Assembly: GCA_043736905.1 (NCBI GenBank) | Contig: JAYTBQ010000011.1 | Span: forward strand, 1-45,152 | Direction of reading: 5' to 3' | DNA length: 45,152 nucleotides | DNA from: Minisyncoccota bacterium | GTDB lineage: Bacteria; Patescibacteriota; Minisyncoccia; Phycocordibacterales; UBA5272 | Part shown: piece after piece, positions 1 through 9,242 of the stretch | How the letters are laid out: the number at the start of each line of letters is the position of its first letter | Numbering within the stretch: position 1 is the stretch's first letter | Notes under the pieces: generated by a model | Database searches by the model: none | Told to the model about the DNA's origin: nothing | Seen by the model: only the letters and a program-made list of their open reading frames with translations | Translations under genes and position numbers: made by a program

Positions 1-140
1 CGTTTTTCTTTGCCTCGCCCTCAATTGTGGTGAGCGTGGCATGCTCCAAAGATAAATGCCTTATGTGAGCGCAGTCGCCCACCGCAATTACTTGCGAAGT
101 GGGGTACCACAGACATTAGTGTACACGTCACATCGTAATT
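1..140 (+). rRNA. possible 3'-terminal fragment of 23S rRNA (truncated by window edge); identity uncertain
   Basis: No credible ORF. Dense local helices are present: CCCACCGCAA-TTAC-TTGCG-AA-GTGGG at 78-103, and AATG(55-58)/CATT(114-117) plus TGTG(64-67)/CACA(108-111) as closing pairs. The strings GATAAATGCCTTATGTGAGCGCAG and CCACAGACATTAG resemble, from memory, the bacterial 23S 3' domain (GAUAGG..GUGUAAGCGCAG ... ACUAAU). A covariance-model search is needed. Confidence 0.3.
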
Positions 141-258
141 ATTCAAGCATAGTTATATACAGAAAACGTAAAGGGCCACCTTTCGATGACCCCTTGCGCA
201 GGCATTTATTTATCTTGTAGGGCACACCTTTGTGCACTCACATGATAAGTATACTATA

Positions 259-2472
259 TTATTTCTTTCCGGCAAGAAGTTGCTTAATATATTCGTCTAT
301 CTGAGCCGCAAGAGTTGGGTTATCTTTTTTTGCAGCCTGCAGAATTTCTATAGCAAGAGGAATCTGTCCTGCAGTGATAACACCAGCGAGCGAGTCTGTA
401 TCAAATCCTACCTTTTCTCCTTTTGATTCTACATATGCCTTTCCTTCTTTATACTTTCCAGCATATGAAGCACTCATCATGTACCACTTAGATGCGTCAC
501 GACATATTGTAGAGAGGTCATACGTTTCTTTAGCAAGAGCGTATGCTTCGTTTGTTTTCTTCTGAAGCAGATACGAGCGAATTAATTCAAACGAAAGTAG
601 TTGCTTGTTCGGAGCGAGAACATGTCCGGCAGTGAGTGCTTCTTCTGCGGAAACAGCATCATTAACACCATTAAGGAACATACCATAGATTGAAAGCATT
701 CGAACGTCTTCTTTGTTCGCTTCATAAGAATCCTTAACATCTTTCCTTGCTGCTGAGAGAAGATTATTAAGTGCTTGAACAGCTGCCTGCTTATCACCTT
801 GTGGCATATCTTCAGGAATCTTTATTTGGCTCATTCTCACAACGATTTGAAGAAACTGCTCACGTGCTTCGATGCTTCCCAGTGTGTTCATTGCGATTGC
901 ATTAACGAAGGCATCTTGCTGAATTTTTACTGCATCAGCAAACGGCATTGTTTTTGCATATTCACCAAAACTCATTGCTTTGATAACAAGTCGATTAACA
1001 GTAAGTGGACGATAGTTAATGTAGTACTGCGTAACAAATAATGCAATTCCAATCACCGGAATAACAAGAAGATTCATTTGATCCTTGTCAAAGAGTGGCT
1101 GGCCTTTACCGGTTACTTCGTCTTTTGTTCGTACTGTTATGTATGCAAGAACAGCAAAGAAAAGAATATAACTTGTAAGATTGTCGAATACGAAGAAGTT
1201 GTGAATAAAATATCCTGACAACATTCCAGTAAGAATTGCCTTCTCAGAAAGTGGCATACCATTTTTTCTCTTCCACATTGACCACAGTGTCACCGCGTAT
1301 AGTGAGAGGTATGCGATCAGGCCTAAAGCTCCAGCTGCAACGAGCCAATCGAAGAACACATTATGAGACCTGTCATACCACGGCTCAAGATTACACATTT
1401 TTTCTGGCAAGAACTTTCGTGCGAAGACATAACTAAAGTTATCTTGACCGTATCCAAGTAAAGGCCGTTCTTTCCATGCATCATAACTAATCTTCCACAT
1501 AGAGAGACGACTTGCCCCGGTAATATCATTTGGAGAAATACTTGCAATACGAGTAAGAATTGAAGATGACTTAACAAGTGCAGTATCCTTAAACGCAAAG
1601 ATTGACGAAACAACAACAAACATTGCAATAAGACTTCCAATAAGAATATTTCTCATATGACCTTTTTCTTTCCACGCCATAATTGTAAGCGTTACAAATG
1701 CGCCAACAACAAGACCAATCATTGTCCCTCGAGTTCCAGAATAGAGGAGTCCGATAACGTTGAGTGCTATAAGTATTGGATACAATATTTGTTTCTTTGG
1801 AGCGGAAGATTGTGACCAAAGTAGACCATACAAGAAGATGTACATGAGACAAAATACTGCAAAATATGCAGAGTTCCCAATAGTGGCATCAAGACGATTT
1901 CCGCTCATGTGAATTGCAAAGCGAGAAGAAAACCATGATGACACATTCGGAAACATTGATGAAAAGAAGAGACCTTTTGCCCCAAGAAGCTGTCCATAAG
2001 CATACACAAGAACAAGTATGTTTCCTCCCATAAAGAACTTCCACATTTTCTGCCACTCAGTAAGTGTACGAATCATAACGGTGAGTACAAAGAAATAAGC
2101 AAAGAAGTGAATATGACCTACAAATCCTTCCATGCGTTCAAAGTTACTCCACATACTCTTTTCTCTATCCACACCAAACAGGTCTGCAAGAAGCAGTGTT
2201 ACAATAAAAAGACTATAGGCAATCATTATTGGTGACTTCTTGATGTTGATTCGATACGAAGAATCGTAGAGAGCTAGGATTGCCCAACCAGCAAGAGCAA
2301 TCTCCACTAAGAATCGGAATAAAAGATTTTTCCCTGAAATAAAAGGGAAAAAGAGTCCTGACTCTCCAATCCAACCAAAAATATCAAATACTCCACCATC
2401 AGCAACATGAAGTGCCAAAAAAGGAATAATTGCAAGACACACCCACACAATTTTTTTGATACTATTTTGCAT
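259..2472 (-). CDS. O-antigen ligase / Wzy_C-family polytopic membrane protein with C-terminal TPR-like helical domain (ligase, polymerase or O-oligosaccharyltransferase)
   Basis: 737-aa ORF with ATG at 2472. The first ~470 aa carry roughly 10-12 hydrophobic helices. Wzy_C-type loop motifs: SGTRGTMIGL and RLSMWKISYDAWKERPLLGYGQDNF. The last ~260 aa are soluble and look like helical repeats. Confidence 0.8.
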   Translation of the reverse strand: MQNSIKKIVWVCLAIIPFLALHVADGGVFDIFGWIGESGLFFPFISGKNLLFRFLVEIALAGWAILALYDSSYRINIKKSPIMIAYSLFIVTLLLADLFGVDREKSMWSNFERMEGFVGHIHFFAYFFVLTVMIRTLTEWQKMWKFFMGGNILVLVYAYGQLLGAKGLFFSSMFPNVSSWFSSRFAIHMSGNRLDATIGNSAYFAVFCLMYIFLYGLLWSQSSAPKKQILYPILIALNVIGLLYSGTRGTMIGLVVGAFVTLTIMAWKEKGHMRNILIGSLIAMFVVVSSIFAFKDTALVKSSSILTRIASISPNDITGASRLSMWKISYDAWKERPLLGYGQDNFSYVFARKFLPEKMCNLEPWYDRSHNVFFDWLVAAGALGLIAYLSLYAVTLWSMWKRKNGMPLSEKAILTGMLSGYFIHNFFVFDNLTSYILFFAVLAYITVRTKDEVTGKGQPLFDKDQMNLLVIPVIGIALFVTQYYINYRPLTVNRLVIKAMSFGEYAKTMPFADAVKIQQDAFVNAIAMNTLGSIEAREQFLQIVVRMSQIKIPEDMPQGDKQAAVQALNNLLSAARKDVKDSYEANKEDVRMLSIYGMFLNGVNDAVSAEEALTAGHVLAPNKQLLSFELIRSYLLQKKTNEAYALAKETYDLSTICRDASKWYMMSASYAGKYKEGKAYVESKGEKVGFDTDSLAGVITAGQIPLAIEILQAAKKDNPTLAAQIDEYIKQLLAGKK

Positions 2473-2540
2473 ATACTGTACTACTTAAATCTTTGTTATT
2501 CGGAATAATCACTGAAGTGTACCATAGGGAGCCTATATTG

Positions 2541-3413
2541 CTATAAACCAACCCATTCCGGAGGACAGATGTTTGTATCTCCATTGAGATATGGATTTTT
2601 CCAGTCATTTGAATATACAACTATTTTCTCATGATCACTCGTTAAAAGTGTTGAAAACCAAGAGAACGTAGAGTTAGCAATAATTGCATGATTACACTCC
2701 TTCATGAGCATAAACTCTTCGACATCAGTAAGCTTTGCAAGCGATGGGTACACAGCGTTTTTAAAGAGACCACCCATTTCCTCTTTAACCCAAGCAATAT
2801 CGTCAGAAAAAATATAATATGTGGGTGTCGATACCTTACTTTCAATATGTGCTACTGCTTGAACATAATAATCTTTAGATAACACCTGCACCCCTGAACC
2901 ACTATTAAGCAAGTCACCTCTTCGTATATGTACAGAAACAGATGTTCGGTTCTTCAGACCAGATGATTCTATGTACACATCAAGCTTATCTGGATCCTTT
3001 ACTGATATTTCTTTAGAGAGTAGCGGCAGTAATTCCTCATAGTAACGATAGCTATGCCAAAAACCTTCAAAATAAGCAGTATCATTCTTTTGAAGATTTA
3101 AAAAAAAACTTTCAACATAGCCAATATAATACTTCTTTTGAATGTACCTATTGAAACCACGATAAATCTTTTCTCCAACCTTAGAAAAAAGACTGTTTGG
3201 GTAACGGGTACGTGCTATTTCTTCAGGTGTCGCTTTGCGGACGGTAGTATGCATACAGTCAAGTAAATACGGTCTTTTAGTATACTTTGTATTACCTTCG
3301 TAAAAGCTAAGGTCGTATGCGACTTCTTTCTTAAATTTTTCGGTGATAACACGACCAATACTGTACTGGAGCAATTGATTTCCTAGACCCCCCTGAACTT
3401 TAATGATAATCAT
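2541..3413 (-). CDS. glycosyltransferase family 11, alpha-1,2-fucosyltransferase
   Basis: 290 aa. GT11 signature motifs: N-terminal GGLGNQLLQY, HIRRGD, and ANSTFSWF near the C-terminus. Confidence 0.9.
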   Translation of the reverse strand: MIIIKVQGGLGNQLLQYSIGRVITEKFKKEVAYDLSFYEGNTKYTKRPYLLDCMHTTVRKATPEEIARTRYPNSLFSKVGEKIYRGFNRYIQKKYYIGYVESFFLNLQKNDTAYFEGFWHSYRYYEELLPLLSKEISVKDPDKLDVYIESSGLKNRTSVSVHIRRGDLLNSGSGVQVLSKDYYVQAVAHIESKVSTPTYYIFSDDIAWVKEEMGGLFKNAVYPSLAKLTDVEEFMLMKECNHAIIANSTFSWFSTLLTSDHEKIVVYSNDWKNPYLNGDTNICPPEWVGL

Positions 3414-4040
3414 TTAAAAAATATGAATTATATCTTTGATAACAAAAAATCTCAAAGAAGCCTGTTTACTAAGTAAAAATTTCTCCAGATCTTCAAGTCT
3501 TGGATAATTATCCTTACCTACAAAGTGCCTTGCGTCGTCAATAAGAATAACACTCCCGGGCACCCAATGCGTGAGAATATCTTCAACCTCCTTAGATATT
3601 GGTGTATCTCCAAAATCAACACTGGTTGCTGTCATTCCAGCAGAATAATGCGCATCTAGCCAAAAAAGCTTTTTTTCATTATTATTTTTGATAATAGTCT
3701 CAATAAGAAGACCACTATCCCCTTGTAGAATGTTCACTTTCTTATCATTTTTAAAATATTGTGCAGCTTCATGAGCAAGATCAACACTTAATTCAATAGT
3801 GAAAACTGTAGTAAAGAATTTTTTAACATAATTAGTCGTAACCCCAAGATAAGTGCCTGTTTCAAGAAAAAAATCTATACCGAAAAATTCTCGTGCCGAT
3901 AAAATGGTATCAATTTTATCAATATGAAATCCACGTTCTGGGTTCATATCTCTTTGTATTCTTTGAACAAAGAAAGAGCTTTTAATAAAAAGACTATTTC
4001 GGTTAATTTTTCTTTTTATGGTTTTTAAAGTTTTAATCAT
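3414..4040 (-). CDS. putative class I SAM-dependent methyltransferase
   Basis: 208 aa. Glycine-rich SAM-loop-like LETGTYLGVTT, then ILQGDS, FWLDAHYS and ILIDDARHF. The stop abuts the GT11 start (TAA then ATG). The family assignment is from motif recall only. Confidence 0.55.
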   Translation of the reverse strand: MIKTLKTIKRKINRNSLFIKSSFFVQRIQRDMNPERGFHIDKIDTILSAREFFGIDFFLETGTYLGVTTNYVKKFFTTVFTIELSVDLAHEAAQYFKNDKKVNILQGDSGLLIETIIKNNNEKKLFWLDAHYSAGMTATSVDFGDTPISKEVEDILTHWVPGSVILIDDARHFVGKDNYPRLEDLEKFLLSKQASLRFFVIKDIIHIF

Positions 4041-4255
4041 ATAGTAACGAAAAATTGTGCTAATACGAACACTTTTAATTTATAAATAATATTCTAATCA
4101 ATTCTCAAAGTATATACCACAAGAAACATATTTGGAAATTTATTCCTTCATAAACCAGAACCATTCAAGGCTATACCCCATCCCATCTGACACGAATAAG
4201 TTTTACATGCATTAAACAGAAATCAATGTGTATACATATAAGAAATAGCTAATAT

Positions 4256-4288
4256 CTGAAGAGTGTAGCATAATGGTATACTCTTCAG
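4256..4288 (+). promoter_or_regulatory. perfect 9-bp hairpin enclosing the first ATG of the GT32 gene
   Basis: CTGAAGAGT (4256-4264) pairs with ACTCTTCAG (4280-4288). ATG 4273 lies in the 15-nt loop, and a second in-frame ATG is at 4297. Confidence 0.3.
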
Positions 4289-4989
4289 ATAGATTCATGA
4301 TTCCAAAAATTATCCACTATTGCTGGTTTGGAAAGAAACCAAAAAGTAAACTCATCCTAGAGTGTATTGAGAGCTGGAAGGTCAACTGTAGTGATTTCAC
4401 AATTATTGAATGGAACGAAGATACTTTTTTAATCGACAGTCATCCATTTACCTCGAAAATGTACAAAGAACATAAATTTGCCTTTGTGGCAGATTATGTA
4501 AGGCTTATTGCACTCCGTGATCATGGTGGAATATATCTTGATACAGACATGCTCCTTGTTAAGCCAATTGATGAATTACTTACAACCGAGCTACTTCTCG
4601 GGAAGGAGTCTGATTCTTTTATAAGTTGTGGAATGATCGGTACAATTGCGCATCACCCTTTTATTGAAGAAATGAGGAGCTACTATGATACGATCACAGA
4701 GCTTAAACCAAATCCTGTCATTATGACTGAAGTATACGCAAAGCTACAACCTAATAACACACACGTCTTACCCGCTATTGCATTTTATCCGTATGATGCA
4801 GAACATATCCATCTCTACAAAGGGCAAACGCTTGATGAAGAGACATATGGGGTGCATCTATGGAACTATTCCTGGGGTCATCCACTTAATAAGACATTCA
4901 AGAAACTTCGAATTCACACAATAGGAAAAAGAATTACGGAAAAACTTGGTATCAAAAAATTACTTAAAAGACTCCTAGGGTTCGTATAA
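4273..4989 (+). CDS. glycosyltransferase family 32 (Gly_transf_sug / OCH1-like sugar transferase, DXD type)
   Basis: 238 aa. IPKIIHYCWFG N-terminal motif, FAFVADYVRLIALRDHGGIYLDTDM (DxD). An alternative start at 4297 (MIPKIIH) is possible. Confidence 0.85.
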   Translation: MVYSSDRFMIPKIIHYCWFGKKPKSKLILECIESWKVNCSDFTIIEWNEDTFLIDSHPFTSKMYKEHKFAFVADYVRLIALRDHGGIYLDTDMLLVKPIDELLTTELLLGKESDSFISCGMIGTIAHHPFIEEMRSYYDTITELKPNPVIMTEVYAKLQPNNTHVLPAIAFYPYDAEHIHLYKGQTLDEETYGVHLWNYSWGHPLNKTFKKLRIHTIGKRITEKLGIKKLLKRLLGFV

Positions 4990-4994
4990 ACAAT

Positions 4995-5891
4995 ATGATA
5001 AACAGAAGCACGTTTAAATACTCTCTTAAGAAGATTCTCCCGAACGCTCTTTTTTCATGTGTGATCTTTTTATGGAGGACTGTTTTTTTACACATTATTG
5101 AAAAGATCGATCTCGTTCGTCTTAAGAAATTTACACAAGAACAAGTGATGCACTTACATCACCAAGGCGTCGCCTTTTTGCTCCTTGTTTCACCTAAGAA
5201 CGGTTTTATAGATAAACATATATTTCTCTATGGTGTCTATGAGCCTTTTATGCTTGATCTTATTCATCAGATCTTAAAGAAAGGTATGACATTTATCGAT
5301 ATTGGAGCAAACATCGGACAGCACAGTATCTATGCAGCACGTATTGTGGATGAACATGGGAGTGTTCACTCCTTCGAACCAATACCTCATCTTGCAAAAC
5401 AGATAGAAAAAAGTTCATCCTTAAATCAACTTTCATCTATTGTTAGAGTTCATAATTGCGCACTAGGAAAAAAGGAAACTAAGGAAGAATTGTATGTATC
5501 AAAAAATATTGACGGGTCATCACTTGTTAATGATGATGATACGCAAGAAAAAATAATAGTACATGTTAAAGCTGGCGATAATGAGCTTACTCATCTAGAA
5601 GCCATCAATCTTATAAAGATTGATGTTGAAGGATATGAATATGAAGTGCTACTTGGTATAGAAAAAACACTCACTAAACATAAGCCTGATATTCTTATTG
5701 AATTTTCTGGTGCATTCTATGAATCACAAAAAAATAATCATGGACTATTAATTCTTTCACTTCTTCGGAAGCATGGATACACACTCTATGATATAGAGGA
5801 TTCAATGACTAAAGTTATAGATGATGCGCTATTTTATAACTCACTCATCAAGAAAAGAAAGCAAACCAATCTCCTTTGTATTTTTGAGTAA
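4995..5891 (+). CDS. FkbM-family SAM-dependent methyltransferase (copy 1)
   Basis: 298 aa. FIDIGANIGQHS, SFEP, IKIDVEGYEYEVLLG. Confidence 0.85.
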   Translation: MINRSTFKYSLKKILPNALFSCVIFLWRTVFLHIIEKIDLVRLKKFTQEQVMHLHHQGVAFLLLVSPKNGFIDKHIFLYGVYEPFMLDLIHQILKKGMTFIDIGANIGQHSIYAARIVDEHGSVHSFEPIPHLAKQIEKSSSLNQLSSIVRVHNCALGKKETKEELYVSKNIDGSSLVNDDDTQEKIIVHVKAGDNELTHLEAINLIKIDVEGYEYEVLLGIEKTLTKHKPDILIEFSGAFYESQKNNHGLLILSLLRKHGYTLYDIEDSMTKVIDDALFYNSLIKKRKQTNLLCIFE

Positions 5892-5902
5892 CTTTATCAT
5901 TC

Positions 5903-6685
5903 ATGAAATTCAGTATCATCACACCAACCTACAGAAGAAGCGAGAAGCTAAAGAGAGCGGTTACCTCTCTTATTGCTCAAACGTATAATGATTGGGAAAT
6001 GATTATCATTAACGACTCACCTCACGATTCTTCGTACCACGATTTTGCTACATCCATCAATGATTCAAGAATCTACTATTTCGAAAATGATACCAACAGA
6101 GGTGTTAACTACAGTAGGAATAAAGCACTCGACAAAATTTCTGCCGATTCAAAATGGGTTATTTTCCTAGATGACGATGATTACTTTGCGCCGGACGCAC
6201 TCGCTACTTTTACAAAGCTTATTATGATACATGGTGGAACAAAGTGGTTTATGACAAATCGAGCAAAGCACAATGGAGAATCAGTAACAAACGCACCTAC
6301 AAGTGACATACTGTATTCTTACGCTTGGAGCTATCTTATTCTTAAAAAGATACATGGTGATGCAACACACTGTATAGAAACTAAATACATTACACGTTTG
6401 CATGCTCGATTTTCTAACCATGTTAAGCAAGGAGAGGAATGGTTTTTCTTTTACCAAATTGGACAACAGCAAAAATTGTTCTACCATGATCATAACAGTA
6501 CGATTACTGATGGGTATGACGTTACAGCTGGGCTTAACTTTCGCATAAGAACTAAAAATGAGCACTTCGAGAGTGTATCAAAATTACTCTACGAAGGAAC
6601 AAACATAGACCTTCTTAGAAACCCTACTTTTATACTCTATATATTTTTTCGTTATGTAAAGATTTTGCTACCACCATATAGATAA
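5903..6685 (+). CDS. glycosyltransferase family 2
   Basis: 260 aa. FSIITPTYRRSEKLKRAVTSLIAQTY, IIINDSP, FLDDDDYF (DxD). Confidence 0.85.
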   Translation: MKFSIITPTYRRSEKLKRAVTSLIAQTYNDWEMIIINDSPHDSSYHDFATSINDSRIYYFENDTNRGVNYSRNKALDKISADSKWVIFLDDDDYFAPDALATFTKLIMIHGGTKWFMTNRAKHNGESVTNAPTSDILYSYAWSYLILKKIHGDATHCIETKYITRLHARFSNHVKQGEEWFFFYQIGQQQKLFYHDHNSTITDGYDVTAGLNFRIRTKNEHFESVSKLLYEGTNIDLLRNPTFILYIFFRYVKILLPPYR

Positions 6686-6687
6686 CC

Positions 6688-7317
6688 TTATGTGTTACGT
6701 TCTATAAAGGATTGTATCGAATTACTATATAAAAAATCTTTTTCTTTCTTTATTTTCTCAAGATTCCAGTTCCACCACTGTATTGTTTGTAAAGAATTTA
6801 TTTGCTCTTCGTTAAATCGATATTTAATGACTTTTGCAGGGACGCCAACAGCAATTGCAAATGGAGGAATATCAGAAATAACTAAAGCTCCAGCACCGAT
6901 AATAGCACCGTCACCTATGGTTACGGGACCAATAACTGTAACACCATAACCAATCCAAACATCATTACCAATAGTAATGTCTCCACGCTCATTTGCTTCT
7001 TTCGGTAATTTTGATGAATCAATTTTAGTGAGAGGATATGTTGTTATTAATCCTCTTTTGTGATTTGCACCGAGTAAAAGAGAGACATTGCTAGCAAAGG
7101 AAACAAAGTTCCCAACATTAAGATGACTAACTCCATCGTAACAAATAATGGTTGGAAAACCATATGAAGAAAATCCCCATGATTGTATGTATTTTTTACT
7201 TTTTTCAAATAAATATTCTGTTTTTTTATTACTTAGAAAAAGACTGATTTTACTAAGAGGATAGTATATAAACTTCATTATAAAAGTATACCACGGAATG
7301 GCATATAGACTTTTCAT
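6688..7317 (-). CDS. hexapeptide-repeat (LbH) O-acetyltransferase, Vat/CatB-like
   Basis: IGNDVWIGYGVTVIGPVTIGDGAIIGAGALVISDIPPFAIAVGVPAKVIKYRF. The ORF extends to 7389, but that would overlap the divergent gene at 7359. The internal ATG at 7317 (MKSLYAIPW) or 7278 is more likely. Confidence 0.8.
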   Translation of the reverse strand: MKSLYAIPWYTFIMKFIYYPLSKISLFLSNKKTEYLFEKSKKYIQSWGFSSYGFPTIICYDGVSHLNVGNFVSFASNVSLLLGANHKRGLITTYPLTKIDSSKLPKEANERGDITIGNDVWIGYGVTVIGPVTIGDGAIIGAGALVISDIPPFAIAVGVPAKVIKYRFNEEQINSLQTIQWWNWNLEKIKKEKDFLYSNSIQSFIERNT

Positions 7318-7358
7318 GTAAAAGCAGTAATAATGAAAGTACACTAGCCTACATTTAC

Positions 7359-8300
7359 ATGCCACGAATACTTGTAACAATACCATCATATAAACAACCG
7401 GCCATGCTCAAAAGAGCGCTTATCGCTCTTACTCATCAAACTTTCAAAGACTTTAAAGTTCTTATTATTGACGATTGTTCACAAAGCAATGTAGGAGAAT
7501 ACATAAGTAAATTCAAAGCATTATTAGATATTTCTGTTGTAGCAAATGAGCAGAATCTTGGCGCAATGAACAACTTGTACAAAAGTATTACCATTGCTAC
7601 TGAGTGTGATTATGTATTTTCACATCATGAAGATGATTTCATAAAAACAAACTACCTTGAAATAGCACTTGAAATTTTAGACAATAATAAAGATATCTCA
7701 TTTGTACTTTCTGCCGGGGAATGGTTACACAGAGATTCATCCTATATTGAAAAAAAAATTAGAAATAAGGATTTCAAAAAATTAAATCAATATACTTTTA
7801 TTGATGGTAGTCTTGATAATGAACATTATATATTTGGATCAGTTATTTACAGAAAGTCTGATCTTGTCTATGATTGGGGATTTGCAACATACAATACTTT
7901 GTGTGACAAATATTTTTTAATTTCCATACTTAAAAAGAACACCTCTTGTGCTGGGTATCTTACAGAAAGCGGTATTTTTGAAAGAGACCACTCACTAGAT
8001 ATAGACGATGTACGAGGAAGTAACTTAAGAGAAGATCATGCTATTTCCTATTTTTATTTTTTACAACAAATACTTCTTAAACAAGAGTCAAAAAAAATAG
8101 TTTCAAAAAAAATAACTAACTCACTTTTATTAATGTACTCAAGTTTGCCCGTAAAAAGCACATTAGTGTCATTTTATAAAAAGCAAAAACCATTTCATTT
8201 AATCACTATCAGTCACATAAGGAAACTTGGAGTATATGCTATAATTACAATGCATTTTAGCCAAAAAGTGAAACTAAAACTAATTAAACTTCTAAAGTAA
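7359..8300 (+). CDS. glycosyltransferase family 2
   Basis: 313 aa. ILVTIPSYKQPAMLKRALIALTHQTF, VLIIDDCS, HHEDDF. Confidence 0.8.
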   Translation: MPRILVTIPSYKQPAMLKRALIALTHQTFKDFKVLIIDDCSQSNVGEYISKFKALLDISVVANEQNLGAMNNLYKSITIATECDYVFSHHEDDFIKTNYLEIALEILDNNKDISFVLSAGEWLHRDSSYIEKKIRNKDFKKLNQYTFIDGSLDNEHYIFGSVIYRKSDLVYDWGFATYNTLCDKYFLISILKKNTSCAGYLTESGIFERDHSLDIDDVRGSNLREDHAISYFYFLQQILLKQESKKIVSKKITNSLLLMYSSLPVKSTLVSFYKKQKPFHLITISHIRKLGVYAIITMHFSQKVKLKLIKLLK

Positions 8301-9235
8301 TGAAAATAATAGCTTTATTCCCTGTAAAAAATGAAAAGTGGATACTTACAACAACAATCCCCCAACTTAAACTTTTCGCAGATGAAATTCTTTGTGTCGA
8401 CGGTGGCTCAACAGATGGAACAAAAGAATACTTAGAATCACAGGGTGTTATTGTACGAGATCAAGATCAAACAAATCTTAACTATTCATCGTGGAGACAA
8501 GAGCTTCTCGAATGGGGAAGGGAACGAGACGGGACTCACTTCGTATGGCTTGATGCAGATGAATCCTTTACAACAAATTTTCTTGCACATTACAAAGAAG
8601 ACATAGCTTCACTTAAGCCTGGCCAAAAACTTGTCATGCAGTGGTTATGTCTATGGAAAAGTGCACGACAATACAGGGATGATAAGTCGGTATGGAGTAA
8701 CCTGTACAAGGACTTTATTTTTTGTGATGACGGCATTTCTGTTTTTGAAAACATTAAGCTTCATGAAGGAAGAACTCCTGGTAAAAATGATGACTCTGTA
8801 CGAATTAAAATATCACCAGAGCATGGGGCTGTTCTTCACTTTCAAATAGCCGCATTCAATAGATCTCAAATTAAACAGGTCTTCCAGAGATGCAGAGAAC
8901 TTACATTAGGTACTGGATCAGTATACAGAATAAACTATAAGTACAGCGAAACGCTTGACACTCCGTCTGCAAAAACAACAAAAGTTCCTGATGCTTGGGT
9001 TGAAGGAATGCCAGAAATTGACACAATAGAAGACACCGATGAATCTTGGTACAATACGGCGATTCTTAATTTTTTCAAAGATAAAGGTATCATTTTTTTT
9101 GAGCCTTTAGAAATTTGGCATATAAAAAAATATAAGGATATTTTTTTAAAAGAAGTAGGAAGAGAGCCACGAATAAAAACTTATCCTCATATCATTATTT
9201 TTTTAAACAGGATAAAAAATAAAGTGCTTCGATAA
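8300..9235 (+). CDS. glycosyltransferase family 2-like (Glyco_tranf_2_4-type)
   Basis: 311 aa. IALFPVKNEKWIL, CVDGGSTDGT, WLDADE. The start overlaps the upstream stop (TAATG). Confidence 0.7.
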   Translation: MKIIALFPVKNEKWILTTTIPQLKLFADEILCVDGGSTDGTKEYLESQGVIVRDQDQTNLNYSSWRQELLEWGRERDGTHFVWLDADESFTTNFLAHYKEDIASLKPGQKLVMQWLCLWKSARQYRDDKSVWSNLYKDFIFCDDGISVFENIKLHEGRTPGKNDDSVRIKISPEHGAVLHFQIAAFNRSQIKQVFQRCRELTLGTGSVYRINYKYSETLDTPSAKTTKVPDAWVEGMPEIDTIEDTDESWYNTAILNFFKDKGIIFFEPLEIWHIKKYKDIFLKEVGREPRIKTYPHIIIFLNRIKNKVLR

Positions 9236-9242
9236 AATAATC

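Noticed and set aside
141-258. Possible 5S rRNA downstream of the putative 23S end. RNase P RNA, tmRNA and SRP RNA were also considered as identities for 1-258.
   Set aside because: None of the hallmarks is present on either strand: no 5S loop sequence (CCGAAC...GAAGTTAAG), no RNase P GAGGAAAGTCC or ACAGAA..GCTTA boxes, no tmRNA tRNA-like 3' end, no SRP GGAA/AGCA domain IV motif.
7318-7389. Longer version of the acetyltransferase ORF, starting at 7389.
   Set aside because: It would overlap the divergent GT2 gene start (7359) by 31 nt. The extra 24 residues (MMVLLQVFVACKCRLVYFHYYCFY) look like translated promoter sequence.
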